Positions 11,801 through 24,120 of a stretch of DNA of 64,000 nt are shown piece after piece (the stretch's first letter is position 1; each line of letters starts with the position of its first letter). Position numbers and translations under genes: made by a program. The notes under the pieces were generated by a model. The model saw only the letters and a list, made by a program, of their open reading frames with translations. It was not told where the DNA came from and ran no database searches. This DNA comes from Pocillopora damicornis. Its lineage: Eukaryota. The stretch spans positions 1 through 64,000 of the forward strand of contig NW_020846784.1 of the NCBI RefSeq assembly GCF_003704095.1, written 5' to 3'.

Positions 11801-13683
11801 TGAAAGATCTAAGGGGAACAAGCTTGCACCAGACAATGATCACAATGATAAAATATACCTGTTGATAGCCATGTGTTAGTGTGGTCATTTTGTTGTGCTT
11901 CTTTTTGGACACTTTCTGTCTCATCTTTTGTGTGAACCTGATTTTAAATTCTTCTTGCTGTTAAGCTCTCTGGGACAAAAATCATCTTGCAGAAATTGAC
12001 TTTTCATTCCTGTCAGTACAATTTCCTACTTTGGTAACATCATACTTTTGGGAACTTTTTCCTTTTTTTTTTTTTTTTTCCCTTCTGTAACAGATACATG
12101 TATGTACTAGAGTTGAAGCTACAACTGGTCAGTACAAGGAATTAGTAGAAGGAGCACACAAAATAAAATGAATCAAATAAAAGATTGCCAGTTCACTAAT
12201 TACATTTTTTTTAAATTTCTGATTATAACAAGCTAAATCCAATTTATTGTGGTACAGTCCTTCTTTCTTAAAATCTTGATGTTTTATTTGACTCAACTTA
12301 GAAGTAAATGTGGCCATAGATTTGAGTATTGCATGGAAAAGAGCAGCAACCATACTTCCTGATATTGTTGTGGATGGCCTTTTTGATACCCTCAATTTAT
12401 GTTAGCGATTAGAGATTCCTTGCATCTGATATTTGTTGTTAAAGAGAAAATTGTATACCGTAAAGACATTTTAATTGGAAGTCCTTTTTTGACAATAATA
12501 GACATAGTTTAGAGTGTGTGTTATTTAGCCTTTTGTATCAGGCAGTGGAAGGATGATTTGGAGAAGGAGGGAGAGAAGGAAAGAGGGGATTAAGAGGAGA
12601 AAATGGAGAAGTTCCTTTCCTTTGCATATTCCTTTGATGCAAAAAACCAAAAATTGTGACCAGTAGGTAGACAATGTGATGCTGGTGCTCCTCACCCCTC
12701 CTTTTTTTCTTTTCCCTTGCCAAGCAAACTTGCATTGGCTGGTGCCCATCCTGTTTTTGATACATGCATGGTTTGTAGATGTTTTGAATAAAAATTTACT
12801 TAAATCTATTTGCATGTGCGGATTATTATAAAAAGGATTTGTATTAACAAACATGTATAACAGCAGTTCTTGAAGCAAAAAAGTAGTTGGCATATTCATT
12901 TCCTCAGAGGTTGATAAGGCTGCTCTGTGGGTTGAACTAATGGCATGCACATGATTGCTCCATTTGTTTGAACCAAGCAAGAGGTTCACAAAGGCGCTCT
13001 GCCAAATGGGAAGCTCCTAAGTCATTAGATAGAATTGACAGGAACCATTCACTTCCTTGTCTTATTTGTTTGCTCTACCTTTTTCCTTTTGACACTTTTT
13101 TTGATGTAGGGAAACAAATTCACTTTACATAGAGATTTCATGTTTGAATCTCACTTGAAAGCTGTTGGTTACAACTTGGCGGCATGTTTAATTTCGGCAA
13201 GTCCGTCATTCTTGGCTGCCCTCAAATAGTGCCCTGTGAAGTTAAATTTGACGGAATAGCTCGCCTTGGGAAAAGTTTTTTTTAAATTTAAATTTTTTTT
13301 TTAACAATCTGGGTGCACAGATTGAAAATTGGGCTAAGAAAATTGGACATACCTGACTCTGGAATTTAAGACAAATTGTCTGTAGCGTGGGTGGAGTGTG
13401 GAGTAACACAGATTAACTAGAAATCTACTTGATGACGTTAATTGCCTACAACTGATGCTAAATTTCGTTATACCATTTTGAGTCGAATTAATTTTCCCAG
13501 CTATAGCAGAAGAACCATTTATCTCTAAACTACATAAACCTTAGGAGTCTAGTAGTTCTGGCCAAATCAAGCTGTCGTGGCAAATTATATTTTGGGGGAA
13601 TTGCACGTCCACGACAAAGTGAATTTTCAATCCTGGAAAAAGTCTCTGTAATCGCCGGCTCGCGCTCGCATTCTATGGGCCGT

Positions 13684-13693
13684 GACACGTGAT
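13684..13693 (-). promoter_or_regulatory. CLEAR-like E-box (ATCACGTGTC on minus strand) upstream of LAMP paralogue C
   Basis: TCACGTG core about 90 bp upstream of the ATG at 13781, in a CpG-rich patch. Confidence 0.45.
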
Positions 13694-13780
13694 GTAAACG
13701 TCATACTCTGCGATTGCTACAACTTTCAATGTCTGGAATTCTCCACGGATAACTAGCTAATGCGTATTTCGGTTATCATC

Positions 13781-16700
13781 ATGGCTTACCTTTATTGTTT
13801 GTTTGCTGCTTGTGTCCACTATTCAGGTAAAATTATCTCTCTGCCGATAAGTTTTTTTTTTAAGGCGTTAGGATCGATGCTCGATAATTAGAGCTCTGCT
13901 GAGGCGAGGTTTCACAACCGACGCGGAACAGTGGAAGACGACTGATATTACAGCTGAAACGGGTAAAATTTCCGCACAGTCTCATACTATTGTAAAACAA
14001 ATCTGTTTTGCCAATCGTAATGTATTGTTTTCGTTATTGTTTTCTCTGTCTAAAAACTGAATGCAAAATGTGATATGGGGCTGTGCGGAAATTTTACCCT
14101 GAAACGTCGTCTTGCAGTCGCAGAAACGTGCTAGAACTAACTTTCTTTCACTTTTTAAAATAATGCCTGGTTGATCGATATTAATTTTGGATCCTGTAGC
14201 TTTACTTCCTTGGATTGCCATCGAGTTTGGAATCGAAAGCAGGCTTTAATATGCGATCCCCATTGTGCTAACCTCATTATTATTTGTTAGAATAAAGTAC
14301 CATTGTATTTTGCGGTAAACCTTCACTGAACTGCAATAAGCAGTGGTATCTTAACACGAATCTAATTTTTATTTAATTTCGTACTTGTAAGTATATTATG
14401 CAAGGGGTTTATGATGAGTTGTTAAGTTAGCTGATTGCAAAATTAACTATACAACAACATGATACGAACTTTGAACCAATTACTATGCTTCAATACAAGA
14501 GTTTGAAGGTATCAAAATGGTGATTAATGACCAATGATGAGATATTGTTTTAGTCTTTATGACCATCACTTTTTCTTTGAGGGAGGTGCATATGCTTCCC
14601 AATGAAAATGAGGTTTACTTGCACATGGGGAAAACTGATTTTCAGTGAAAAGGTTTTTGAATCCATACATATTGCAAAAGAGAGACTTGCGGCATGTTGA
14701 TTGAAAGAAGCATAATTTTTGTATAATGTAAGAGTTCCCAATCAGTCCAAGAAGGAGAACTGGAAGTTTGAGAGTTAGGGAACTGACATACCCAGAGACA
14801 ATAATATAGCCTATTGCAAAGGTTCTGAGACTCCTTCATCAGATCAGTGAGTTTCTCATTAACATGCAATATAACGAATAACAAAAACTTTGTTGGGTTT
14901 GAAGTATGTAGGACTTTAATGATATCTTTGTCCTTATAATCGGGTGGGTATGATACTGAAAGATGTATCCCATATTATATAATGAGTTGTAGCTGGTCTA
15001 GAAATAAGATACCATTAATTTCCAATAAAATTAGTTTGATCTTTCTTTTTTCTCTCTGTCTTTCTTCCTGTATTTGTTTTTTATGTATTTTTTAAAATTT
15101 TCAGTCCTTTGTCATTGGATGTTTGTTGGAGCTACAGGTAGTCTAACCTCAGCATCCAATCTTGTTCAGAGCTCAGTTGTCACACACTCATTTGAAAGAA
15201 AGACCTCCATTCCCGCTCCAAGCATAACTGTGACTTCTACCAAGATGGCCGTTACATCATCATCTTCCTCTGTTTTACCTTCTCCCAGTAAGACTAGCAA
15301 ACCTGGTAACTTGACTGTCACAGCTTCATTTAATGGAACTGTTACACCTCAGAACATGACTATCACACCTTCACACATGACCACAGCAGTACTTAACAGC
15401 AGTGTAATGCCACCTAGTACTGGATCAATCAGACCAACCCCTGTGTCCACTGTGTTACCATCATCTACTGTGCATCCCACACCTACCTCACTCCCACCAG
15501 CACCAGGCAACTTTACAGTGAAATACAATGGTACAGTCTGTTTGTTTGCTTATATGGCAGCAAAATTTGATGTCACAACCAGTTCAAAGGTAAGTACCAT
15601 TCTCAATGATTGTGCAGAAGCCAAAAGGAGGTGTAAAGTAAAGTGAATTGTCAAGTTTCCTTTGGATCCTTAGGTATATGCCCTAAGAATTTGTGAGAAG
15701 ACAACAAATCAGCTAATTTTCAGACCTTAAAAATTTCCATGTAGCCTAAAGCTATGTACTCACCCAAAAACAAAGAGAGCCTAAATTTAAATCATAATGG
15801 AAAATTGACAAAATACAGAGAGGCAACCTTCTCAGGAGTAGCATCTCATAAAGGGTAAGCAATCGTAGTTGTTGTTTTTATGCTATGGAAACCAAGAAAC
15901 AGCCACATAGCTGGTGCGTGAAGTTTTTTTAAGATTCATATACTTAAACCTGTCTTTGGATTTCTCTTTACTCTTCCAGAAATTAACCTTTGAGCTTCCA
16001 AAAAATGCCAAGTCAAGTGGTGAATGTGACACCAGAAGCAAAGATCACCCTTTCATCAAATTAAGCTGGAGCACTCACAGTCACGATTGTAGCTTCACCA
16101 TGCACTTTGAGAAATTTTCTAAAGACACAACAACAAATACAGTGACTCAGTACTGGATGGCTGCTAATTTAACATTCTCAGTGAAATTCAACAGTAAGTC
16201 AGAACATTTTTTGAGTTATTTTTTTTAATTAAAAAGAAAAACTCTATGTTAGCTTGTAGAGTGGTATGTTGCTTGTACCTATCAGATTGTCACATTAGGG
16301 TTTGTATCTTGCACCAATCATTTTGTCACATTTGGGTTTGTATCTTGCACTAATCAGATTGTCACATTATGGTTTGTATCACACCAATCAGATCGCCACA
16401 TCAGGGTTTGTATCTTGCACCAATCAGATTGCTGCATAAGGGTTTGTATCTTGCACCAATCAGATTTCTGCATAAGTGTATTATCTCGCACCAATCATAT
16501 TACAGCATTTGGATATCACAGACCAATCACAGCATTTGGGTATTGTTTTCTCATAAATGATGTCATGGAATCATGGGGCTCAGTGCACAAAGAATGACTT
16601 TAACCAGAAATTTTGGGCTCATTTGATAAGTGTTATGATTGTGGCCTTTGTAAGAGCCTCATCAAGTAAGGTCAAGATTTATTGGGATATGAAAGATTCA

Positions 16701-18799
16701 CATTTATTTTCATTGTATTAATTTTAAGTTAAAATGTGTTTTTTCTGCTCCTTTTCTCACAATGTACAGGCCCAAAAACTAACATTCCATCACATACCAT
16801 AAAAAAAACGTTCAAAGTTCAATCAGAACATACTCAATCATTTGCATGACATGAATATCAGGCAATTTCAATGTGCTTGAATTGTATTCTACATTAGACT
16901 TTGCTCCATCACATGACATTTTCCTGTAAACAACCCACATTTTATCAAGTAATCTAACCACATTATCCAACATCACTGAAAAAAATTCACATGAAACTTA
17001 ATGCTACTGATAGGAAATTTTCCTTGCATTATCATGCGTTTTATCTTTTCTACAAATAAAGTTTTCTTTTAGCTACCTTGGAATTAACCCAATCACATGT
17101 TAATTCCTTGTAAACAACCTGCACTTTATCACATATTTCACACACACAAGGCAAAGTCCAGATAGGCAACAACCAATCAAGGAGCCCTCTTTGAANNNNN
17201 NNNNNNNNNNNNNNNNNNNNNNNNNNNNNNNNNNNNNNNNNNNNNNNNNNNNNNNNNNNNNNNNNNNNNNNNNNNNNNNNNNNNNNNNNNNNNNNNNNNN
17301 NNNNNNNNNNNNNNNNNNNNNNNNNNNNNNNNNNNNNNNNNNNNNNNNNNNNNNNNNNNNNNNNNNNNNNNNNNNNNNNNNNNNNNNNNNNNNNNNNNNN
17401 NNNNNNNNNNNNNNNNNNNNNNNNNNNNNNNNNNNNNNNNNNNNNNNNNNNNNNNNNNNNNNNNNNNNNNNNNNNNNNNNNNNNNNNNNNNNNNNNNNNN
17501 NNNNNNNNNNNNNNNNNNNNNNNNNNNNNNNNNNNNNNNNNNNNNNNNNNNNNNNNNNNNNNNNNNNNNNNNNNNNNNNNNNNNNNNNNNNNNNNNNNNN
17601 NNNNNNNNNNNNNNNNNNNNNNNNNNNNNNNNNNNNNNNNNNNNNNNNNNNNNNNNNNNNNNNNNNNNNNNNNNNNNNNNNNNNNNNNNNNNNNNNNNNN
17701 NNNNNNNNNNNNNNNNNNNNNNNNNNNNNNNNTTTTTTTTTTTTTTTTTTTTAAACAGACTCTACCACTGTATTCCATTCTGTCAAAGAGACATTCCATG
17801 CACTGTCTGCTGGCATTGGTGATGCTTATGCCTGTCCATCTGCTCCTGCCATCAATCTTACAGCTAAGAAATCCAGTGCTGAAGTTACTTTGACTAGATT
17901 TAAGTTTCAACCCTTTGGTGTAAAAAGTGGGCATTTTGGCAATGGTAGGAATTATTTTTTTCTGTGTTTTGTTCTAACTGGCAACTATGTAATAAGCATT
18001 AGTTAATGGATCCCACAGGAAGCTTCCTTGTTATTTGTAAAGGAGAATGAAATGCTTGATGACTAGTCACAAGGAGCTCTGGATCAAACCAAAAAGTAAC
18101 TTAAGCATCAAAATCATCTTGTAGCTGCTCAAAAATTCAAATTGATGGTTATTGTAGAGTTTGTATAACTAATTATAAAGACTCTCTCACTGCCCAGCAA
18201 CATGTTTCTTAATGGTGGGCATGATTTGCTATTCTTTTATGTACATTTTAATTGGCCTACTTGGCCTTGCTTTTCAGTGAAAATTCTGTAATGTTTTTAA
18301 ACATGTTGTGGAGGCCAAAAAAGGCTAATTTACTTGAATATGAAATGATAGCAATTCAGCCCACCCTTAGTGTAAGAGTCGACAAATTACGGGGTAATGT
18401 ACTATTATCAACTGAGTTGACAACGTAAATTGGCCACCATAAAAAAGATTTTTAAAAGCCAGTTAATACTAACTTACCCTGTTATACTCTCCTGCTGCTG
18501 CAACACCATAGTGTCTACCAACTTACCCCTTCTATCAAGAGTACAATATGTTTCTCATTTAAGAATCTGATTTGATTCTACTATTATTCTACTCCTCTAC
18601 AGTGACAAATTGTGTTCTCCCAACGAGTCCAACTGCATCTCCGTCTACAAGTCCACCGAAAACAAAGCAGCCGAATAGGCACACGGTAGCCATTGCAGTT
18701 GGGTGTTCATTGGCTGGGCTTGCTCTTGTTGTTGTCATTGGCTACTTGATTTGGCGACACTGTAGCCGCAACAATCAAGGAGGATACCGCAAGTTGTAA
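13781..18799 (+). CDS. LAMP-family glycoprotein, paralogue C (long mucin stalk, CD68/LAMP3-like architecture)
   Basis: Exons 13781-13826 (in-frame upstream ATG at 13760 possible), 15105-15589, 15980-16193, 17759-17944, 18603-18799; phases 1,0,1,1. About 120-aa S/T/P stalk, LAMP domain (TVCLFA, SGECD, AYACP, FQPF, FGNVTNC), TM VAIAVGCSLAGLALVVVIGYLIW, tail RHCSRNNQGGYRKL*. Confidence 0.9.
16270..16540. repeat. 36-bp minisatellite (about 7 decaying copies) in LAMP-C intron 3
   Basis: Unit tatcttgcaccaatcagattgtcacattagggtttg. Confidence 0.85.
17196..17731. other. Assembly gap in LAMP-C intron 3
   Basis: Run of N followed by the poly-T acceptor tract of exon 4. Confidence 0.95.
18385..18535. 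repeat. Rearranged copy of the interspersed repeat also found at 28783-28920
   Basis: Shares ttaccctgttatactctcc and, in reverse, aattggccacc / ttatcaact with the 28.8 kb copy. Confidence 0.6.
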
Positions 18800-20892
18800 T
18801 GCACTGCAAGAATGATAGCCCGCAAGCATTTATTAAGGTGCATCATTAGTTATTTTTGATAGATATGGTGAGGAAAATTAGTGTAATTGTAGTACGTATA
18901 ATGGTACCCAAATTCAGGAGATAAAGTAACTTTAGGGAAAAGAGATTGTAGTCGTTCATCCAGGTGAATAAACTTGTTGTAAAGTATAACTGTATATCAA
19001 GTTGTAGTCACTTCCAATGTGGAAGGAGAATAAGAAGTTTTTAGGAATAACAAACCTTTAAAAGGTGTATGTTAGGTTAGTGGGTTTGAATAAGTATTTT
19101 GATGAAATCATTGAGTTATAGGTTTTAGAACTAAATACTTCACATTAATTAAAAGTGACAATACTGTTTTTCTTTTTTTTTCTTTTTTTTTTAGTTTGAT
19201 CCTAAAAATGTGCCACTGTAGGTTATAGTAAGGTATAGGGTTCAATATTTTCCTCGTCATTTTTAATCTTAATCAGTAAATAAGTTACTGAAGACCGTGC
19301 CTGTTACATGATGGTTTGGTAGTTTTATGACAGGAAGAATCAATAACTAGACCTTGGAAGTTTGAGGGCCTTGTCCCTGGGGACCCTGAGTAGGATAGCC
19401 ATTGGGTGCATTGGGGTCAATGATTTGCATATTCTGGAGTAATGAAATCGCATAGGAGTTACAAGGAATGATACGTTTTCAATACTCTGAAACTCTGTAT
19501 TGATTTAGGCTTGACAACTAGCCGCTGTACGGGAAATTAGCCTATGGCGCTATTTCTTCTCTCCGTAGAAGCAGACTCTGGTAAATTAAGTATCGCTACA
19601 GTCTTCAAACTACCTCTTACGCATTAGGTAATTAGTTATCAACGGAGCCAGACGTTCCCAAACAAAAGATAAATGTTTGACGAAAGGGAGGATCTTCCAA
19701 TATGTCACGCCTTAGAAAGTAACATTTCGGTGGGTCACGTTTTGTTTAGGTACGTCACAGGTCACTTCCGGAGCTTAACAATAGTCTAGTATTTCCCGCT
19801 ATCATTATTGTCTTATCTCCCTTAGAGAGCAGTGAAGATATGATTAAAATGGTTTCGCACAAAACAGTGAAAGTTGTCGATCAACAACACAGTAGCTCTT
19901 AAGTGGCCGTGTTCTTACCCTCCTTTTCCGATCAGCTTCTCTCAAAAAACTTTTTTTGGGGAGCCATTGAACGCTCTAGAGAAGAGAAGGATTTTTAAAT
20001 ACGTTAATGATTACTTTGATAAGTTTTCTTTGTTCCAAATGCTTTCGGTTCCATGGGCTAAAATTAGTTCGAAACTGTTTCGGTTCAAATATATATATTC
20101 TTTATGTTCTCGAATGGAAATTCAATTTTAAGTATTCTTCGAGTCAGGGTTGAAATTTTTTCTTTTACTTTTCACGAACAAATTACTTGTGCTGGATTTT
20201 GATACAATTCATAGGTGTGGGTCGGGTATTATCATTAAACCTCACTTGACGTAACCCGCTAAAATACGTGAGGTAAGCATCAGCTGATACTTCTCACGTC
20301 TGTTTGAATGAGGTTTCATGTTCAGTTTTTCTGTACCCTTCGAAGCTTTTAATTACCGCAAAGAGGATAGCACAGGTGAAGTTTTTTTTAAAATGATTTA
20401 AAAACCCTTACCTTCGAATAAAATTGTGTTCCGTGGCTTGGATTTCGACACGCGCCCATGTGGACGATATTCTTCGTCAACATTGTAGCAAACAATAGCG
20501 ATTACGTCGTGCAAAACACGTGTGTTTTCGACAGTCTTGCGTCAGATACACACCCTGGTTACCACGGTAACAATACCACTTATTGTTCAAACTCGCCAGT
20601 GATTGGTGCGGTGTGACGAGAGTATCTATTTTTGGCATGAAAATTTCCCCGGCGAAGTGTATTCAAACGCGAATGTTCCTCAACAGCTTTCAATATAAAT
20701 AGACCAATTCTCAGTGTAGGGAATTATTATTCACAAACTTTTTAGTCCTTGGTGACCAGAGGTAATACAGTGTTTTGCCTTAACGAATAGAATTATCTTT
20801 GTAATAATACCGCTTACTCCGGGAAGGAAAAACGTATTGGGGCTACGCTACTTAAAAGAAACGTTGCCAAGAAATTAACCGAGTCAACAAAC

Positions 20893-21462
20893 ATGAAAGA
20901 AGAGGTTTGCTCGGCCATCAAGTTCCTCTCGGAGGTTCTTTCAAGGAACTCAAAAGTAAACCAAGAACAGATTCAAAAATTTAAGGACACATTAGAACAA
21001 TTAATCACTGCGAGATTCGAGAACCACTGGCATCCGAAGAAGCCGTTGAAGGGAAATGCATTTAGATGCATCAACATCGATGAGCTAACAGGCATCGACC
21101 CAGTGCTACTGACAGCGACGAAGGCGAGTGGAATATCACCTTTAGTTCTGTTAGAGCTCTTCCCAGGCGGACTAGCATTGTGGATTGACCCAGGAGATGT
21201 GTCTTGTAGAATAGGAAAAGGTTCGATTTGTCCGATTTATTGTAAAATCCCTCAACAACAACACCATCAGCCGCACCAGCAATTTACTAATCACTCTCAA
21301 AGGCATCTTCAACCCTTTTACTTCAACACGGATTATCGTCAATGCTCGCAGTTCAACAATAAGCAGATACTTTCCGCAAGAAGCGTTAATAACAAGGAAA
21401 ACTTCGATAGGTATCATTGGATCAGCAAGGACTATTTTAAAAGACCCACGGAGGTATTTTAA
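20893..21462 (+). CDS. BTG/Tob antiproliferative family protein, BTG3/BTG4-type, intronless CDS
   Basis: MKEEV start, box A (FENHWHPKKPLKGNAFRCINI), box B (LFPGGLALWIDPGDVSCRIG), C-terminal DRYHWI motif typical of BTG3/4; no PAM2 motif. TATAAAT at 20694, AATAAA at 21821. Confidence 0.93.
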   Translation: MKEEVCSAIKFLSEVLSRNSKVNQEQIQKFKDTLEQLITARFENHWHPKKPLKGNAFRCINIDELTGIDPVLLTATKASGISPLVLLELFPGGLALWIDPGDVSCRIGKGSICPIYCKIPQQQHHQPHQQFTNHSQRHLQPFYFNTDYRQCSQFNNKQILSARSVNNKENFDRYHWISKDYFKRPTEVF

Positions 21463-24120
21463 AGCCATAGAGATCTCTGAACACATGATCCACCAACCCA
21501 TTGGACCGGACTTGCATCGCGTTTGCCATACACACGAACTTTTAAATTACGTTTAGAGTAGAATGTTTTTAATGTTTCTTGTACATAGCTAAACATTTTC
21601 TATGTACAGAATTATCTTCGAATTTATTAGGGCTGGTAAATGGAAGAATTTTTACGTCTATTTTACGCCACTTACTGGGAATGGTTTAATTAAATTTGTA
21701 AATTTGTACATGTACAATTGTGAAATAGATTACGGAGCTTCGCAAGGAGCGGAATTGGAAAGAAATTAGCCCAGAGTTTCATATTTTGTACTGATACAAG
21801 AGTTCCGTGTCGCATAGTTTAATAAAAATATTCATTTGTTGAAATATTATATCAAGTTTAGCGTGTTTTATTTTGTATGTAATTCATCGACAGTGTGACA
21901 TCATACACTTGAAATCGCGTATTTCTAGTTTGAGCCAGTAACTCAAAATCAAAATTATGCTTAAAATATTTGTGCGGAGGGGAAGTATTCCAACCGCGTG
22001 GCAAGAAGAAAACAATATTCCAATAATTTTTAAGATATTATTTTCTATGTGTGTGAACCAATGAAAGGGTATTTATGGCTCAAACGGTACATCAGGGAAA
22101 TGTCAGGATTAATGAGCAAAATTTGAGATTATCTTTTCTTTCCCAAAACAGAGACAAACATTGGAGATCAAAAAATAAACAGTAAGATACTAGAACTTCT
22201 CTTGTGACACATCTTCAAAGTTGTTTCTGAATTAATCTTTGTTGAAGAAATACTAGTACATATCTTAAGAATAGTTTTAGAATTAGATTAAAAATAAATC
22301 CATGAAGATGAAAATAACTGGTAACAATGACACAGAAAAGTTTTTTTGAAGCAACTGTCAAACATTGCAGACTTGCTGATGGACAATGATTAAGGTGTGT
22401 TTGGTGGAGGCTCCTGACTGTCCTTATCAAGCAGACCTGATCCCTAGTTCACCTGCTCGTATGAATGACAGAGTTTTGCTAATAAATATAATACGGGTAG
22501 CCACTTGGGTAATATGTCTTCAAATGTAAGGTTGAAGACTCCTCATAAGGAAATTATGATGAAACACTTATGTCTTAAACATTCTCATGCATTCAAGAGC
22601 TACAAAGTGCTTTTCAAAAGATTGCACTCACTTCTTTCATGTGCAAACAAAAACTGGGAAATATGAATTTTTGCATGTCTTGTAAATGAGCAGCTGGTGA
22701 AATACAACATGATTTTTCTTTTATGTTAATATAAAGAGCACTAATTTCATAATCACTCAAATGATAAACAGTTGAAATGATTATCATTTTATCACCTGGT
22801 TTTAATAATGTACACAAACAAGTTTGTTACATGAATATAAATTTTTCAAATTTTGAAGATAAATATCACCCATTTTGGGTAATGTTGTTTTGTTACCAAC
22901 ATGAAATATTATTTTAAAACTTTATCATCTTTTCAGAAGTTGCCATAAAAAGTGTCACTTAAACTTTGGGTTTATCTATAAAACACAATCTTTCTCTTGT
23001 CATTCGTTCCATGACTATTGCTTTACACGTTTGGTTTCTCTACCAAGGGTCAGGTGAACAAAAACATCAGGGGATCTAATGTAGCAACATCAGACTGTAT
23101 CTGTACCACTTACTTAAACAGAGGTAAAACTTTGATTGTGTACTTTGTAAAAGGTATAAAAAGACTTCTGTCCTTGGCATTGACTTGTCCTTCAACAAAA
23201 CGAAAGGAAATCCTCACCAGAATCAAGGGAGGGTTTTTGTCGTAAGTCTGGTTTGTAACTGATTTAGTCTATGGGCGATTTGTAACTGATTTAGTCTATT
23301 TAGTCTATCTCTTTCCTCTCCCTCTGAACCTAGTTAATTGTGACCAGCCCTCAGAACAGGTGTTATTCATATATTTTACATTTCTATTACTTATTTCTTT
23401 ATTTGTATACTTATTCATCATTTATTTATCTATTCGCTTTTACTGCAAAGTTCAAACGAGCAGAGGTGAACGCGTTCTGACGGCTCTTACACGTGACCCT
23501 CAAAATTGGAAAATTGATAAAAATGGCGACTCTTCTGTAGGCCTTATGTGTGTGATATCCAGTTTTTAATTTATTATAGGTGTCCATTATTGGAAGAAGT
23601 GAATGAATTATCTCTTTAATTGCTGGGAGGTACAAGTCTTGGCGATTTTATAAAATCATGTTTGTATTTACAAATGCAAAGTAAGAAATCTTGGGTCCTT
23701 GCCACCTTGAAAGAGAGGAGCAGCCACGGTAACTGTTGCTCTTTGAATTATTTGCCATCTGAGCGCGTGGTATGTTTGAACATGTTTCCGAACTGCAGCG
23801 GACAAATCACGAAGCTAGGAAACAAATCCATACACTACAGCAGGCCAATCATGGGTAAAATTATTTTTTAAGCAGATTTTTAGCTAAAAATTGAATAGGG
23901 AACTTATCCCACGATTGTGACAAGACGAAGAAACATCTGTCTTTCTTAGAAATATCTGTCAAATATCTAACACAAGTTAGGGATACTAACTGAGTAGAAT
24001 TTTCGAGTTTTTTGGTTAATGCAGGGGACCGGGCACTAGCACCTTGCGCCGAATTACACGAAGTACTAGGTATATGAATTGCTAGTTACACGAAGAGGTG
24101 ATCCAATTGTTACATCAAAG

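Noticed and set aside
12525-12989. 154-aa minus-strand ORF
   Set aside because: No recognisable motif or splice support; overlaps low-complexity sequence in the likely LAMP-B 3'UTR.
17050-17934. 294-aa and 187-aa ORFs
   Set aside because: Artefacts of reading through N runs; the real exon is 17759-17944 on the + strand.
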